Positions 33,292-43,236 of a DNA stretch of 64,000 nt are shown one piece after another. Origin of the DNA: an uncultured Planctomycetota bacterium (GTDB lineage: Bacteria > Planctomycetota > Planctomycetia > Pirellulales > Lacipirellulaceae). Below the pieces are notes generated by a model that made no database searches, was not told where the DNA came from, and saw only the letters and a program-made list of their open reading frames with translations. Within the stretch, counting starts at the first letter, position 1. Each line of letters begins with the position of its first letter. The DNA is taken from contig CAVRBU010000017.1 in NCBI GenBank assembly GCA_963719315.1, positions 1 through 64,000 on the forward strand, read 5' to 3'. The translations under genes were made by a program, and so were the position numbers.

Positions 33292-35544
33292 ATGATCGAG
33301 TGTAAGCGACTATCGTTGGGGACGGTATTGGCGCTGGCCTGCGCGCTCACATTCACCTCTCTAGCCAATGCCACCGGCGTGCCGATCAGCGGCTTCTACC
33401 CTTTCGCCGGCATCAGCCTGACGACTAAGCACGATACCGATTCCGATCCGACGTTTACGTTTTTCCAAGCCGACTACGAGACTTCCTACTTGGGCACGCC
33501 ATTAGGAGTCGGCGGCACCCCACACTTCGAGCTAGCCCTGATCGACACCGGCGCTGCAACGTCGCTCATTACTTCAACCGCGGATACGGCATTCAACATC
33601 GCGGGGGCCGGCTATCGCGGAACGGCCGAACTTCCGATCGGCGGCGCCACAGGGTCGCTGATTGCCATCACCAACGACCCGATGGCCATTTACGCTTCCG
33701 GTGTGGGTCCGACCAATCGCACGAGTTCCAGCCCGCTGACGCTCAACACCGGATTGATGGTTGGTCAGTCGAGCATTTCACTGGCCACGTTGCCGCCCGA
33801 ATCTGATCTTCCTAACGTGCTGGGCATTCCGTTTTCGAGCCAGTACTCTACGTACATACGCAACGATCAGCCGCAAATGTTTTCGTTGGGCGGCAAAACA
33901 GTCCGCACGCCGCAGATTCAGTTCATGCCATTGGGCGGGGGCGGCCAGGGGATCGTCCGCCGCGTGCCGATCACGCTGGACGATACAAACGCATTTCTTT
34001 CCCCGCCGCAATACACGTTCGACTTCAATAACATTTTCGCCGATCCACCGGTCCCCTGGACCAATGATCCGCTCTATCCCACGCTGATGCTGGGCGCGAG
34101 CGGCCAACCTGCTGCCGGATATTTTGTAAACGTCAACGTCAGCAACGAAGGGAACTCGCTGACCAATACGCCGTTTCTGTTAGATACGGGTGCTGACGTA
34201 TCCGTCGTTTCGGAAATCAACGCCGTGAATTTGGGTTTCGACCCAGTTCTCGACACGCCCGATTTCACCGTATCGGTCCTTGGGTCGGGCGGAACGCTGG
34301 AAAAAGTTCCCGGCTTCTATGTTGATCAATTCACGATACCGGCCGTGGGAGGCACCATTACACTGACCCATGTGCCGTTCATCGTGTTGGACTTCCCAAA
34401 CCCGGCGCACGTCGGAAACGTCGCCCAGGGATTGATCGGAATGAACGCCCTCGCGGGGCGAAACGTTGTGATCGATCCAAATCCGGCGACGGGCGGGGGC
34501 GGCAATAGTCCCAGCTTGTACATCAGCGATCCTGTGACCACCAACCACAACTGGTCGAACGCGACGACCAGCGGCGCTTGGACCACCGGTGGCAATTGGA
34601 ACGCTTCTGGCACGCCCGACATCTTATGGATTGCCAATGCCCGAAACGTTTCGGGTAGCGTTCAAGAGACCGTCGTGTCAACCAACTCAACGGTCTGGGA
34701 GTTGAATGTCTCCGGCAACGGTCCGGCGACGATGACTGTCCGGATCGCCAGTGGCGTCACGCTTGCGACATTTTCAGGCACGAATCTGGAAGCTGGTGGC
34801 AAGCTGCAGCTCGACGGTGGAACGCTTGACTCCCAATACGTCGACATCCGTGGGGGCACGCTCACCGGAACTGGCATCGTTGCTACCGGCAGCGGACCGA
34901 TCACTGGGCAAGTGGAGAATCATGGCGGCATCGTCGCGCCCGGCATCGTTGTCGGCACATTGAGTATTTCTGGAAGCTTTTCCAACGCGTTCGACGGCAC
35001 GCTCGCTTTTGAATTAGGCGGCACGACTGAGGGCACGCAATTTGATCAACTGCTTGCGACTGGAAGTGTCGCCCTGGATGGCACGTTGGCCGTTTCACTC
35101 GTCAACTTGGGCAGTGGCACTTTTGCGCCGATTGTTGGCAGTTCCTTCACGCTGATCACCGCCACCGATGGCGTCGGCGGCGCGTTCGACTTCGTTCAGG
35201 GTCCGGACGGCTACAACTGGAAAGTGAATTATCTTGCCAACAGCGTGCAGCTCGTTGTTGGAAATCCCGGCGACTTCAACAACGACGGCGTTGTGAATGC
35301 GAGCGACTACGTCGTCTGGCGCAACAACGGCGGCGGCCCGCTGAATTTCGACGCTTGGAGAAGCCACTTCGGCACGACCTACGGCAGCGGCGTCGGCGCA
35401 GGAACAGCTGCTGCCGTCCCCGAACCCACAAGCGTCCTGTTGATAACTTGCGCCGTTTGCGGTTTAGCGCTCGCCGGATGCCGCGTCACTCGGCCCGCTC
35501 GGTCCGCAGCGTCGATTCGCTGTGCAGCGTCGTTTTCGATGTAA
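33292..35544 (+). CDS. PEP-CTERM protein with two aspartic-protease (retropepsin-like) domains, beta-strand-rich stalk and dockerin-like motif
   Basis: Signal peptide; ALIDTGA and FLLDTGA; VLGIPF and LIGMNAL; GDFNNDGVVNASDYVVWR; VPEP + TM. Confidence 0.85.
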   Translation: MIECKRLSLGTVLALACALTFTSLANATGVPISGFYPFAGISLTTKHDTDSDPTFTFFQADYETSYLGTPLGVGGTPHFELALIDTGAATSLITSTADTAFNIAGAGYRGTAELPIGGATGSLIAITNDPMAIYASGVGPTNRTSSSPLTLNTGLMVGQSSISLATLPPESDLPNVLGIPFSSQYSTYIRNDQPQMFSLGGKTVRTPQIQFMPLGGGGQGIVRRVPITLDDTNAFLSPPQYTFDFNNIFADPPVPWTNDPLYPTLMLGASGQPAAGYFVNVNVSNEGNSLTNTPFLLDTGADVSVVSEINAVNLGFDPVLDTPDFTVSVLGSGGTLEKVPGFYVDQFTIPAVGGTITLTHVPFIVLDFPNPAHVGNVAQGLIGMNALAGRNVVIDPNPATGGGGNSPSLYISDPVTTNHNWSNATTSGAWTTGGNWNASGTPDILWIANARNVSGSVQETVVSTNSTVWELNVSGNGPATMTVRIASGVTLATFSGTNLEAGGKLQLDGGTLDSQYVDIRGGTLTGTGIVATGSGPITGQVENHGGIVAPGIVVGTLSISGSFSNAFDGTLAFELGGTTEGTQFDQLLATGSVALDGTLAVSLVNLGSGTFAPIVGSSFTLITATDGVGGAFDFVQGPDGYNWKVNYLANSVQLVVGNPGDFNNDGVVNASDYVVWRNNGGGPLNFDAWRSHFGTTYGSGVGAGTAAAVPEPTSVLLITCAVCGLALAGCRVTRPARSAASIRCAASFSM

Positions 35545-35910
35545 ACCGCGGCGCGATGAGCCCATTGCTGTTCATCGGGAGATCGACTGCCACGGTCACT
35601 TTCTTCGTCGAAGTTGTCAGCGTAGCAGGCGTAACGGTGACCTTGGCGCTTGCGCGCCGACGATCTTGAGAATGCTGTTGACCTTGGCCGTCGCGTCGGC
35701 TGCCGTAGCGCCGGGAACCATTGCCGCCCGGGCCCCTTCGTAGGCGGCGTTATCCGCCGTGTGACGCAGGACGTTCAGCCAACCGAACTCGAACGACGCC
35801 AGCAAGAACAAGAAAAACACCGGCGCCGCAATCGCGAATTCCACAGCGACGGCGCCGCGCTTGGCGCGCCGCTGGCGTCCACGTTCGGATTGTCGCAAGA
35901 GTTTGATCAC
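35486..35910 (-). CDS. TadE/TadG-like pseudopilin; frameshift ~35655
   Basis: RGAVAVEFA prepilin site, AAYEGAR; reconstructed end ...TLRTERAE* at 35486. Confidence 0.8.
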
Positions 35911-35971
35911 GTCCGCACCAGTTCGTTCTCGTCTAGTACCAGAACCCTCTCCCTTTGGGAGAGAGAGTGTA

Positions 35972-37107
35972 TTAGTCGGTCAGCATCACGGGCAATGTCG
36001 AGGCGATTTCCTTGAAGATCCGCGCCAGGTCTGCGGCCGTGGGGGCATGGAAGTGGCGTCCACCCGTCGCGGCGGCCACGTCTTCCATGCGCTTGATATC
36101 GGCGTCGCTGCTAAACGTAATCGTATGGATCAAGATGTCTTTCTTGGCCGCGTTGCGAGCAGAGAGTACCGGCTCCGGTCCCAAATTGTGGATGCCGTCG
36201 GTCATCACGATCATTGTCTTCACGGCAAACGGCCGAATCTTTTTGCCCGTCAGCACCTTGATGCCATCGTCGATGCCGGCCGAAATCGAAGTGTTGCCCT
36301 TGACGGGCTTGCTGCTCAGCGATGCCATCGCCGAGCGGATCACCGAATAGTCGCTGGACAAATCGGAGTTGATATCCGAGATGTTGTACTTGAAGCCGCA
36401 TTGAGTCGTATTGCTGGAATAACTTACGAGCGCAACGTGTTCGTCCTGACTCGTTTTGTCGAGTTCCTGTAGAAACGCCTCGAGTGCGATGTTGAGTGCG
36501 CCCAGCGGCTGCGCGTCGGATCGGGCGGACCGCAATCGGGCGCGCCCTTCGGCAAACTCGAGCCGGTGAGCGTCCACATCATCGAACCAGAGCGATCCAC
36601 CACGAGGCAGATATCGCGATCGAGTTGCGTGGACGTGGCCGTTTCGACCGGTTGGAATTGCTTGACGCCAAGCGCGCCGGCGAATAACAGGTCGACGGGG
36701 CCGGTCAGAGAACCCTTTGTGCGCTTCCCGTTGATCTGCACGGCGTTGGGCGCGTTGCCACCGGCGGTAAATTTGAATCGCGAAGCATCGTTCGCCTGCG
36801 TTCCGGTGCCGAAGACGATATCGCTATCGGACAGGAGCAGGGGATCGCCCGCCACCAGATTTCGCTTGGCAGTGTCCTTCGCCCGATCGCGGGCCGTATT
36901 GACGCTTTGCGACAGGCTCAATTCCTTGGCGCCCGCTCTAGCGGCGGCATCGGTGGAAGTCCGCAGTTCCGTGCGTACCAACTGCATCCAGGCCACGTCG
37001 ATCGCAAATGCGGCCATGATGATGCACAACGGCAAACAGATCGCGATCAATACCAACATCGCGGCTCGGCGGCTGTTTTTGCGGCTCTTGCGGTAGTTGC
37101 AAATCAT
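35972..37107 (-). CDS. TadG-like von Willebrand A domain protein; frameshift ~36500
   Basis: RRAAMLVL + TM, DAAARAGA, MIDAS motif DRSGSM, MTDG, TITF, ATGGRHFHA. Confidence 0.85.
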
Positions 37108-37134
37108 ACGAGTGATCCCGTGAGTTTGAACCAA

Positions 37135-37578
37135 TTAGTTTTCAATCATCATCGAGGCGGTTGCCGACAGGGTTCGGCCTCGATAGAACGTCGTCGGCAC
37201 GAGCGAGTTCGAGGCGCACGGCGCGCTGACCGTCACGTCGATGAAATCGCCCGGATTCAACGACGCGATATTCGATGGTTTGATCGATACCGTTGCGCCT
37301 CGAATGTTGCGGTCCGCCAGGATTTGGTCGCATGACGCCTGCACGGTGGCCGTGGTGGCGCCTTGCTCCAGCGCAGTCCGCACGCCTTCATACGCGGCCA
37401 CGGTGAGCGACTGCTTCAAAAACAGTGCGGAACAGGCCTCGATCGAGGCAATCACCAGCAGGACAACGACCGGCAAGCACACGGCCAACTCGGCCGCGGC
37501 GACGCCGCGCCGTTTTCCGCCGCGAATTGGCCGGCGACTGCCGCCGCCGATACTTGTCTTATGTTGAATCGTAGCCAT
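37135..37578 (-). CDS. TadE-like pseudopilin
   Basis: RRGVAAAELAVCLP, AAYEGVR. Confidence 0.85.
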   Translation of the reverse strand: MATIQHKTSIGGGSRRPIRGGKRRGVAAAELAVCLPVVVLLVIASIEACSALFLKQSLTVAAYEGVRTALEQGATTATVQASCDQILADRNIRGATVSIKPSNIASLNPGDFIDVTVSAPCASNSLVPTTFYRGRTLSATASMMIEN

Positions 37579-37614
37579 ATATCGATCGACGCTCGCCGTC
37601 GTTCGCAAAGAACT

Positions 37615-38094
37615 TTATTTGTTGGACGCAGTCAATTCTTCGGATGGTGTCAACTGCTCGTCGGCGGTGGACTCGGTTTGTTCGTTGTCGAACGCGCCCA
37701 ACTGCGTGAGCATTGCGTTGTAGTCTTCCGCCAAATCCTTCCAGAAATCGTGCCGGCGGAATTTCAGCTTCCTGGGAGCTGCGCCGGCCGCAATTTCGCA
37801 GATTGCACGACGCAAGTTGAAGACCGGCCCCGTGAAGCGATGGCTTAGTTTGATGCTGTCGACAACGAACACCGGCAGCAAGAACACCATCACCAGCAGG
37901 AACGGCCCGTGGGTAAACCACATGTCCTGCAAGTGAGCCGAGATCGGTCGGAACGGATTCGAGAGCACCTGCAAAATGAACGACACCAGGAACGCCACGG
38001 CCATGAACGCCAGCCAGTGCAACAAGATCCGGCGGGCCAGGGCGCCTTGTACGTTCGAGTCGATGAAATGCTTCGTTCTTCGTGGTTGGGCCAT
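37615..38094 (-). CDS. Two-TM membrane protein with HAMP-like C-terminus
   Basis: Two TMs followed by SHRFTGP...FRRHDFWKDLAEDYN. Confidence 0.7.
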   Translation of the reverse strand: MAQPRRTKHFIDSNVQGALARRILLHWLAFMAVAFLVSFILQVLSNPFRPISAHLQDMWFTHGPFLLVMVFLLPVFVVDSIKLSHRFTGPVFNLRRAICEIAAGAAPRKLKFRRHDFWKDLAEDYNAMLTQLGAFDNEQTESTADEQLTPSEELTASNK

Positions 38095-38434
38095 GAGAAA
38101 ACCCTCAATTCAAACGGACCGTGAAAGAGCGCCTCGTGGCGCTCGCGACTTCTGGCGGCCGCAATGTTTCGCGTCGCAATGTGCGAAACTTCGGTCTGCC
38201 GGAAGTTGAGCTTTACGAAAGCTTAGGCCACGATGCGCCGGATTGCGGCGACGCGCGGGATCGCAGCGGTAGAGCTCGCCGCAGAATTGATTACATCAAA
38301 AGCGGCAAAATCGGCACGATTGGAACTACACCGTTGCTGAAGCCGCAAGACTTCAGACCCTATCTCACTTTCAACAAGAATCTTTGGCCCGGCGACTGGA
38401 TTGAAAGGCGACCGTTGAAAGAAGGAGGAAAGGA

Positions 38435-38494
38435 ACGCTAATCTCCGCTAATCAGCCCTAATCGGGATCAGCGGAGATTCGTGAAGATTAGCGT
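38435..38494. repeat. (CGCTAAT..)-type tandem-repeat palindrome
   Basis: ACGCTAATCTCCGCTAATCAGCCCTAATC ... GATCAGCGGAGATTCGTGAAGATTAGCGT. Confidence 0.65.
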
Positions 38495-38949
38495 ACCTGC
38501 GATTCGTCAGTCACTGGTGGGCTTTTCGGCAGCTTCAGCGACAGCCGCGGGACGCGGATGGAGATGTCGTCGGCGTTGGGGGGAGTTTTGGGACGGGCGG
38601 TTTCGGTGTTAGTGTCGTCGAGTTCGTCGAACGGGCGGCCTTCGAAGATGTTTAGCCGTTGGTTGCTGCCGCCGTCGTCTTGGCCGTTGTCGCCGGCGCT
38701 GTAGAGCAGGTAGCCGTCGTCGATGCGTCGGTAGAGGAACGGTTTGGCGTGGTAGAGATCGGTTGGTGCTTTGTCGAGCACGGCGGGGACGAGTTCTTCG
38801 AGGTTGGCCGGGTAGGCGCCATGCTCCGCGCGATACACGGCGAGCGCAGCGGCGATGCGTGTGAGGTCGAAGGTTGTGTTGGCGCGATCTTCGGCGTCGA
38901 AAGCTGTTCTGACAAACGGTAGAAACTGGGCAATAAAACGGGTCGCGAC

Positions 38950-39941
38950 TGCTCAGTAGAAAACGTCTGAATGCTAGCTAAACATCGGTGTGTGTTGGTT
39001 CGTATGACGGTGGATGAAGACGAGCAAGAGTCCGAAGCGCGTGTTGGTCGAGGCACTGGCCGTGGCCCAGGCTTCGCTGCCGCGGTACTCGCATCGGTTC
39101 AGCCCACGGGTCTTCACGCAGCATCAACTGTTTGCCTGTCTGGTGCTCAAGGATTTTTACAACCTGACCTATCGGGGCACCGTTGGCCTGTTGGCGGACA
39201 GCGATTCGCTGTGCGAAGCGATCGGCCTGGAAAAGGTGCCCCACTTCACGACGCTGCAAAAGTCGGCCGATCGGTTGTTGGTGAAGAAGTCGTTTCAACG
39301 GCTGATCACGGCCACGGTCCAGCGGGCACGGAAGGCCAAGCTGCTCCGCCGCTCCGTGCGATTGGCAGCCATCGACACCAGCGGCTTCGAAGCGCGGCAC
39401 ACCAGTCGCTACTATGCCTGGCGTCGAAAAAAGGTGGGAAAACACGGACGAACGTGCGCCGTCTCCTATCGCCGCTACCCCAAGCTGGGCGTGGTCTGCG
39501 ACACGACGAGTCATTTCTGCCTGGCGGCCCGGGCTAGCCAGGGACCGCGGCCCGACTTCGGCGATTTCCGCCCGCTCGTCGTCGAAGCGCAGGCTCGCAC
39601 CGGAGTGAAGGCGGTCGCGGCGGACGCCGGCTTCGACAGCGAAGCCAACCACGTGTTGGCCCGCGACGAACTGGGGATTCAGTCCCTGATCCCCGCCGAG
39701 CACGGCCGACCGCCGGCCGGGGAACCCGTGGGCCGCTATCGAAAGCAGATGAAACGTCATTTGCACGAAAGTCGTTATGGACAACGTTGGCAGGTGGAAA
39801 CCGTCTACTCGATGATCAAACGTCTCTCGGGAGAAGTCGTCAACGCCCGCACCCACTGGCGCCGCTGCCGACTCCTGCTCCTCAAAACACTCACTCACAA
39901 CATCTCGATTCTCAGACAACACCTAGGTTTTCTACTGAGCA
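38950..39941 (+). mobile_element. Complete IS5-family-like insertion sequence
   Basis: Perfect 15-bp IRs TGCTCAGTAGAAAAC / GTTTTCTACTGAGCA; 9-bp direct repeat GGTCGCGAC at 38941-38949 and 39942-39950 (alternatively 16-bp IR with 7-bp repeat). Confidence 0.92.
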
Positions 39942-39976
39942 GGTCGCGACCGCGTTACTGCGGGTCGAAGGATTGA
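39014..39976 (+). CDS. IS5-family-like DDE transposase
   Basis: PHFTTL, AAIDTSG, ADAGFDSE, YGQRWQVETVYSMIK (YREK-type motif). Confidence 0.92.
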   Translation: MKTSKSPKRVLVEALAVAQASLPRYSHRFSPRVFTQHQLFACLVLKDFYNLTYRGTVGLLADSDSLCEAIGLEKVPHFTTLQKSADRLLVKKSFQRLITATVQRARKAKLLRRSVRLAAIDTSGFEARHTSRYYAWRRKKVGKHGRTCAVSYRRYPKLGVVCDTTSHFCLAARASQGPRPDFGDFRPLVVEAQARTGVKAVAADAGFDSEANHVLARDELGIQSLIPAEHGRPPAGEPVGRYRKQMKRHLHESRYGQRWQVETVYSMIKRLSGEVVNARTHWRRCRLLLLKTLTHNISILRQHLGFLLSRSRPRYCGSKD

Positions 39977-41182
39977 TGGCCGCGGCGAACAGCGAATTCG
40001 CGCCTCCAGTTGCGGGTCCAGTTGAGTGAGATCGGTTTCGATCTGGTCGAGCGCCTGCAGCCGCGCAGCGTGATCCTTCATCAGAGCGGCGGCTACAAAG
40101 CGATCGTAGAATTCGTTGCCTTTGCGAAGTGCGACATTCCAATCAACGCGGAAATGGCGCGCATAAGCAATCTGTTTATCCTCGCCTATCAAACGGAGCG
40201 AATCGCCATCTAGATTTCCGTGACTCAGCGCGATGACCGCATCCAAATACATGACACGTTCCATCTCTAAGGAATCGGCAATTCCTGCGAAACGCGGCAG
40301 AGTTGCCAAGTCGTTCATCATCTGACGGGCTGTGTCGGCGGATGGCTTGCCTGCATGCAGCATCGCGACAGTACTCGCGCAAGTCAAATTGCTGATCGCT
40401 ATTCCCACGAACTGTTCGACCAGAGTTGGGCCTTGCGTCGCAAGTCGGCCGATGCGGTGTGCGGCCAACAAATCGCGCCATGCTTCATCGACGCGATGTT
40501 CGCCCGTGTGCCACATCGCTCGGGCATCAGCGAACGGCCGGCCTCTCGCACGCCTTGTGCTCCAGGCAGAAGCATCATGACCAGCACTTCGGGCTCTTTG
40601 TTGAGAAAAGAAGGCGACGGAAAATAGCAGCGCGACCGATGCGAGCCTGCGATGAGAGCGTCTAATGGTTGCTTGTTATCTGCCGCCCATTTGCCGAGAG
40701 ATGGGTACTGTGCGCTCGTCCAAGGCCGCGAAATGACTTGGTCCAGCAATTTGTCGGCGCCGTCTAGATTCGCGGATGACTTCGGCAGAGAGGCGGCAAT
40801 TTGCTTATAAATCGGGACGAGCGCCGCGGACTTGGATGGAATAGCGTGCAGTCCGAGTTCGGTGGTGATGGCTGCGTAATTCGACGGACGCAGTTCGCCC
40901 GGCCATAGTGCGGGCCAGAGAATTGCGGCGGCATTGTTCTCCGGCGTTACGCCGGCGCGAGAGCGTTCGAGGAGGTACGCTTCGTAGTCGGGCAGGCCGT
41001 TGGGCTGGAGCGGCGTTGTGATGTAGGTCGTTTGCTGGGAGACGATGATCTGCGGGCTGGGGCCGAAGAGCTGGAGCAAGAAGAGCAGCATGAGCAGAAG
41101 AAAGAGACCGCCGAGCCACCAGAAGATGCTGGGTTTCTTCCGCGGCGGTTGGAAGGGGGCGTCGGTGGGCATACCCTCAGTT

Positions 41183-41247
41183 GTAGCGGAATTCGCAAGA
41201 ATTCCAATTCTTGCGGCAGCGATTTGAAGTCTTGCGACTTCAGCTAC
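41183..41247. repeat. GTAG-type REP doublet
   Basis: GTAGCGGAATTCGCAAGAATTC ... GAAGTCTTGCGACTTCAGCTAC. Confidence 0.7.
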
Positions 41248-41260
41248 GGTTTTGAAATCG

Positions 41261-42955
41261 TCACGGCGCTGGTGGTTTCGGCAACTCGAACGGGGAAACT
41301 GGAAGGCGGACCGAGTAGTCGTCGGCGTTCTTGGGGATCTTGTCGCGGAGTGTTTCGGCTTCGTCCGGGGGCAGTCCATCTTCCGAGCGGCCTTCGAAGA
41401 TGCTCATTTGTTCGTTGCTGCCGGCTTCGTCGCGGCCGTTGCGGCCCACGGTATAGAGCAAATAGCCTCGTTCAAATCGTCTGTAGAGTATGGGTTTCGC
41501 ATGCAGGGGATCGGCCGGCAGTTTGGGGAGCACGCCGGGCAGGAGGTCGTCGAGCGTTTTCGGATATTCGCCGTGCTCGGCGCGGTACACGGCGAGGGCG
41601 GCTTCGACTTTCGTGAGTATTAGGATGGAGTTCGTACGATCTTCCGCGCCGGATACCGCGCTTATTGCTGGCAGCATCAAGGCGCTGATGATAGATCCGA
41701 CAACATCGCTTCTCGCGTTGCGGCTGAAGAGGGCCGACACCAATCGACCTGGCTGCTTGATCTGGCGAGGCTCGTCCGCCAGTTCTGTCTCAAAAATGGC
41801 GAGTGCCTGCTCTCGTTCGTCGCCGGGTGGAAGCCGCATGGCGGCGGCGACCTCATCATAAGCGTGATTCAATTTTTTCATCGCGACGTTCCAATCGACC
41901 GATACATAATCGACGGGTGAACTCGCTTGAACGCCTGTCCCGAATTCGCCCAGTTGGCTGAATCCATACAACTTCATGTGAACGATCGCGTCCAAGGTCG
42001 ACAATCGCTCCATTTGATCGATGCAATTCGCGATGTTGGCAAAAGGCGGCACGGCGGCCAGGTCGTGCTGGATTTGGGTCGCAAGTTCTTTCGTCAATTG
42101 ATCGCTGCTGAGGAGTGCCGCGGTGGCGTTGCACGCCATTCCACGGATTGCCATCCCCACAAGTTGTTCGATCAAGGTTTGGCCTTGAGCGACCAGGCCG
42201 GACAGTCGGTACATCGCCAGGTTATCTTGCCAGGCTTCGCTCAAGCGATTCTCGCCGATATTTCGCATGGCACGCATTTTAAGGCCACGAACGCCGTCGC
42301 GGACGGCTTGCGGGCCGGGCAGCAGCATCGCGATCAGCGTATCGTGCCGATCATCGAGAAACGTAGGAGACGGCGAGTAATATCGCGGTCGGCGGGAGGC
42401 TTCGACGATGAGGTCCAGCGGCTTTTGGTTGGCGTCGACCCACTCGTCCAGCGGAGGCGCCTGCTTGCTGGTCCAGGGATGGTCCAGCGCGGCATCGATG
42501 ATTGCATCGACGTCGGGTTCGACATCGCCCTCTTTCGGCTTCGGCAGCCAACTGAGCACGCGTTTGCGATTGGCCTCTCCGTAGACGGATTGCATCGCAT
42601 CTTTGGCGGACGGAATTTCGCTAAGGCCGAGTTCGGTTGCTATCGCTTCATAATCCCGGGGATCGAGCTCGCTAGGCCAGAGCGCCTGGAACAACAGCAC
42701 GGCGGCGTTGTTTTCCGGCGTAACGCCCGCGCGCAATTTTTGACGCACATACTCTTCGTAATTGGGAACGCCGGACGGCAATAGCGGCGCGGTGATGTAC
42801 GTGGTTTGCTTCGAGATAATGATCCGCGGGCTGGGGCCGATGAGCTGGAAGAGGAAGACCGCGCCGAGCAATAGCACCATTCCGCCCAGCCACCAGAAGA
42901 CGCTGATTTTCTTTTTCGGCGGCGTGAAGGGGGCGTCGGTGGAAGTTGGATTCAC
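41261..42955 (-). CDS. Membrane-anchored hypothetical protein with GspG-like C-terminal motif
   Basis: N-terminal TM; C-terminal LAVYRAEHGEYPKTLDDL.P...PADP...YLLYTVGRNGRDE. GTG start overlaps the upstream stop (GTGA). Confidence 0.75.
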   Translation of the reverse strand: MNPTSTDAPFTPPKKKISVFWWLGGMVLLLGAVFLFQLIGPSPRIIISKQTTYITAPLLPSGVPNYEEYVRQKLRAGVTPENNAAVLLFQALWPSELDPRDYEAIATELGLSEIPSAKDAMQSVYGEANRKRVLSWLPKPKEGDVEPDVDAIIDAALDHPWTSKQAPPLDEWVDANQKPLDLIVEASRRPRYYSPSPTFLDDRHDTLIAMLLPGPQAVRDGVRGLKMRAMRNIGENRLSEAWQDNLAMYRLSGLVAQGQTLIEQLVGMAIRGMACNATAALLSSDQLTKELATQIQHDLAAVPPFANIANCIDQMERLSTLDAIVHMKLYGFSQLGEFGTGVQASSPVDYVSVDWNVAMKKLNHAYDEVAAAMRLPPGDEREQALAIFETELADEPRQIKQPGRLVSALFSRNARSDVVGSIISALMLPAISAVSGAEDRTNSILILTKVEAALAVYRAEHGEYPKTLDDLLPGVLPKLPADPLHAKPILYRRFERGYLLYTVGRNGRDEAGSNEQMSIFEGRSEDGLPPDEAETLRDKIPKNADDYSVRLPVSPFELPKPPAP

Positions 42956-43164
42956 GTGATGCCCCAAGCCTTGACGCGGCGCAGAACGATGTCGCGGATT
43001 CGCTGAACTTCTTGTGGAGTCGCATCCGGAAAAGTTGCTTGGATCGAGTGCACGATGTAATCGCGACCTTGTTCAAAGAGCCTAAATCCCTCGCGCAGTC
43101 GCTCGTCGGCCGTCATGCCGGTTGCGAGTTTGGCGGCTCGTAATATCTCATCCATGCTTGCCAT
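42952..43164 (-). CDS. Small protein resembling Rv0078B/MenA1-type antitoxins
   Basis: MTADERLREGFRLFE...SIQATFPDATPQEV pattern, recognised from memory only. Confidence 0.5.
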   Translation of the reverse strand: MASMDEILRAAKLATGMTADERLREGFRLFEQGRDYIVHSIQATFPDATPQEVQRIRDIVLRRVKAWGIT

Positions 43165-43236
43165 AGTATGGTGATGCCAAGCGTTAACGAACTGACTTAG
43201 AAGCGATCGGTCGTGGGGGAGAATGCTAACATCGTA

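Larger units (their letters stand above)
38488..41172 (-). pseudogene. IS-interrupted paralog of 41261..42955 (also frameshifts ~40520, ~40015)
   Basis: Fragments align with the neighbour (PTDAPF.PP.KK...FWWLGG, AGVTPENNAA, VYRAEHG.YP). Removing the IS and one target copy restores SNAVATRFIAQFLP in frame. Confidence 0.85.

Noticed and set aside
38300..38365. GGCAAA...GCCGCAAGACTTCAG resembling a c-di-GMP-I riboswitch
   Set aside because: Lacks the GAAA-capped stem and has no downstream gene on that strand.
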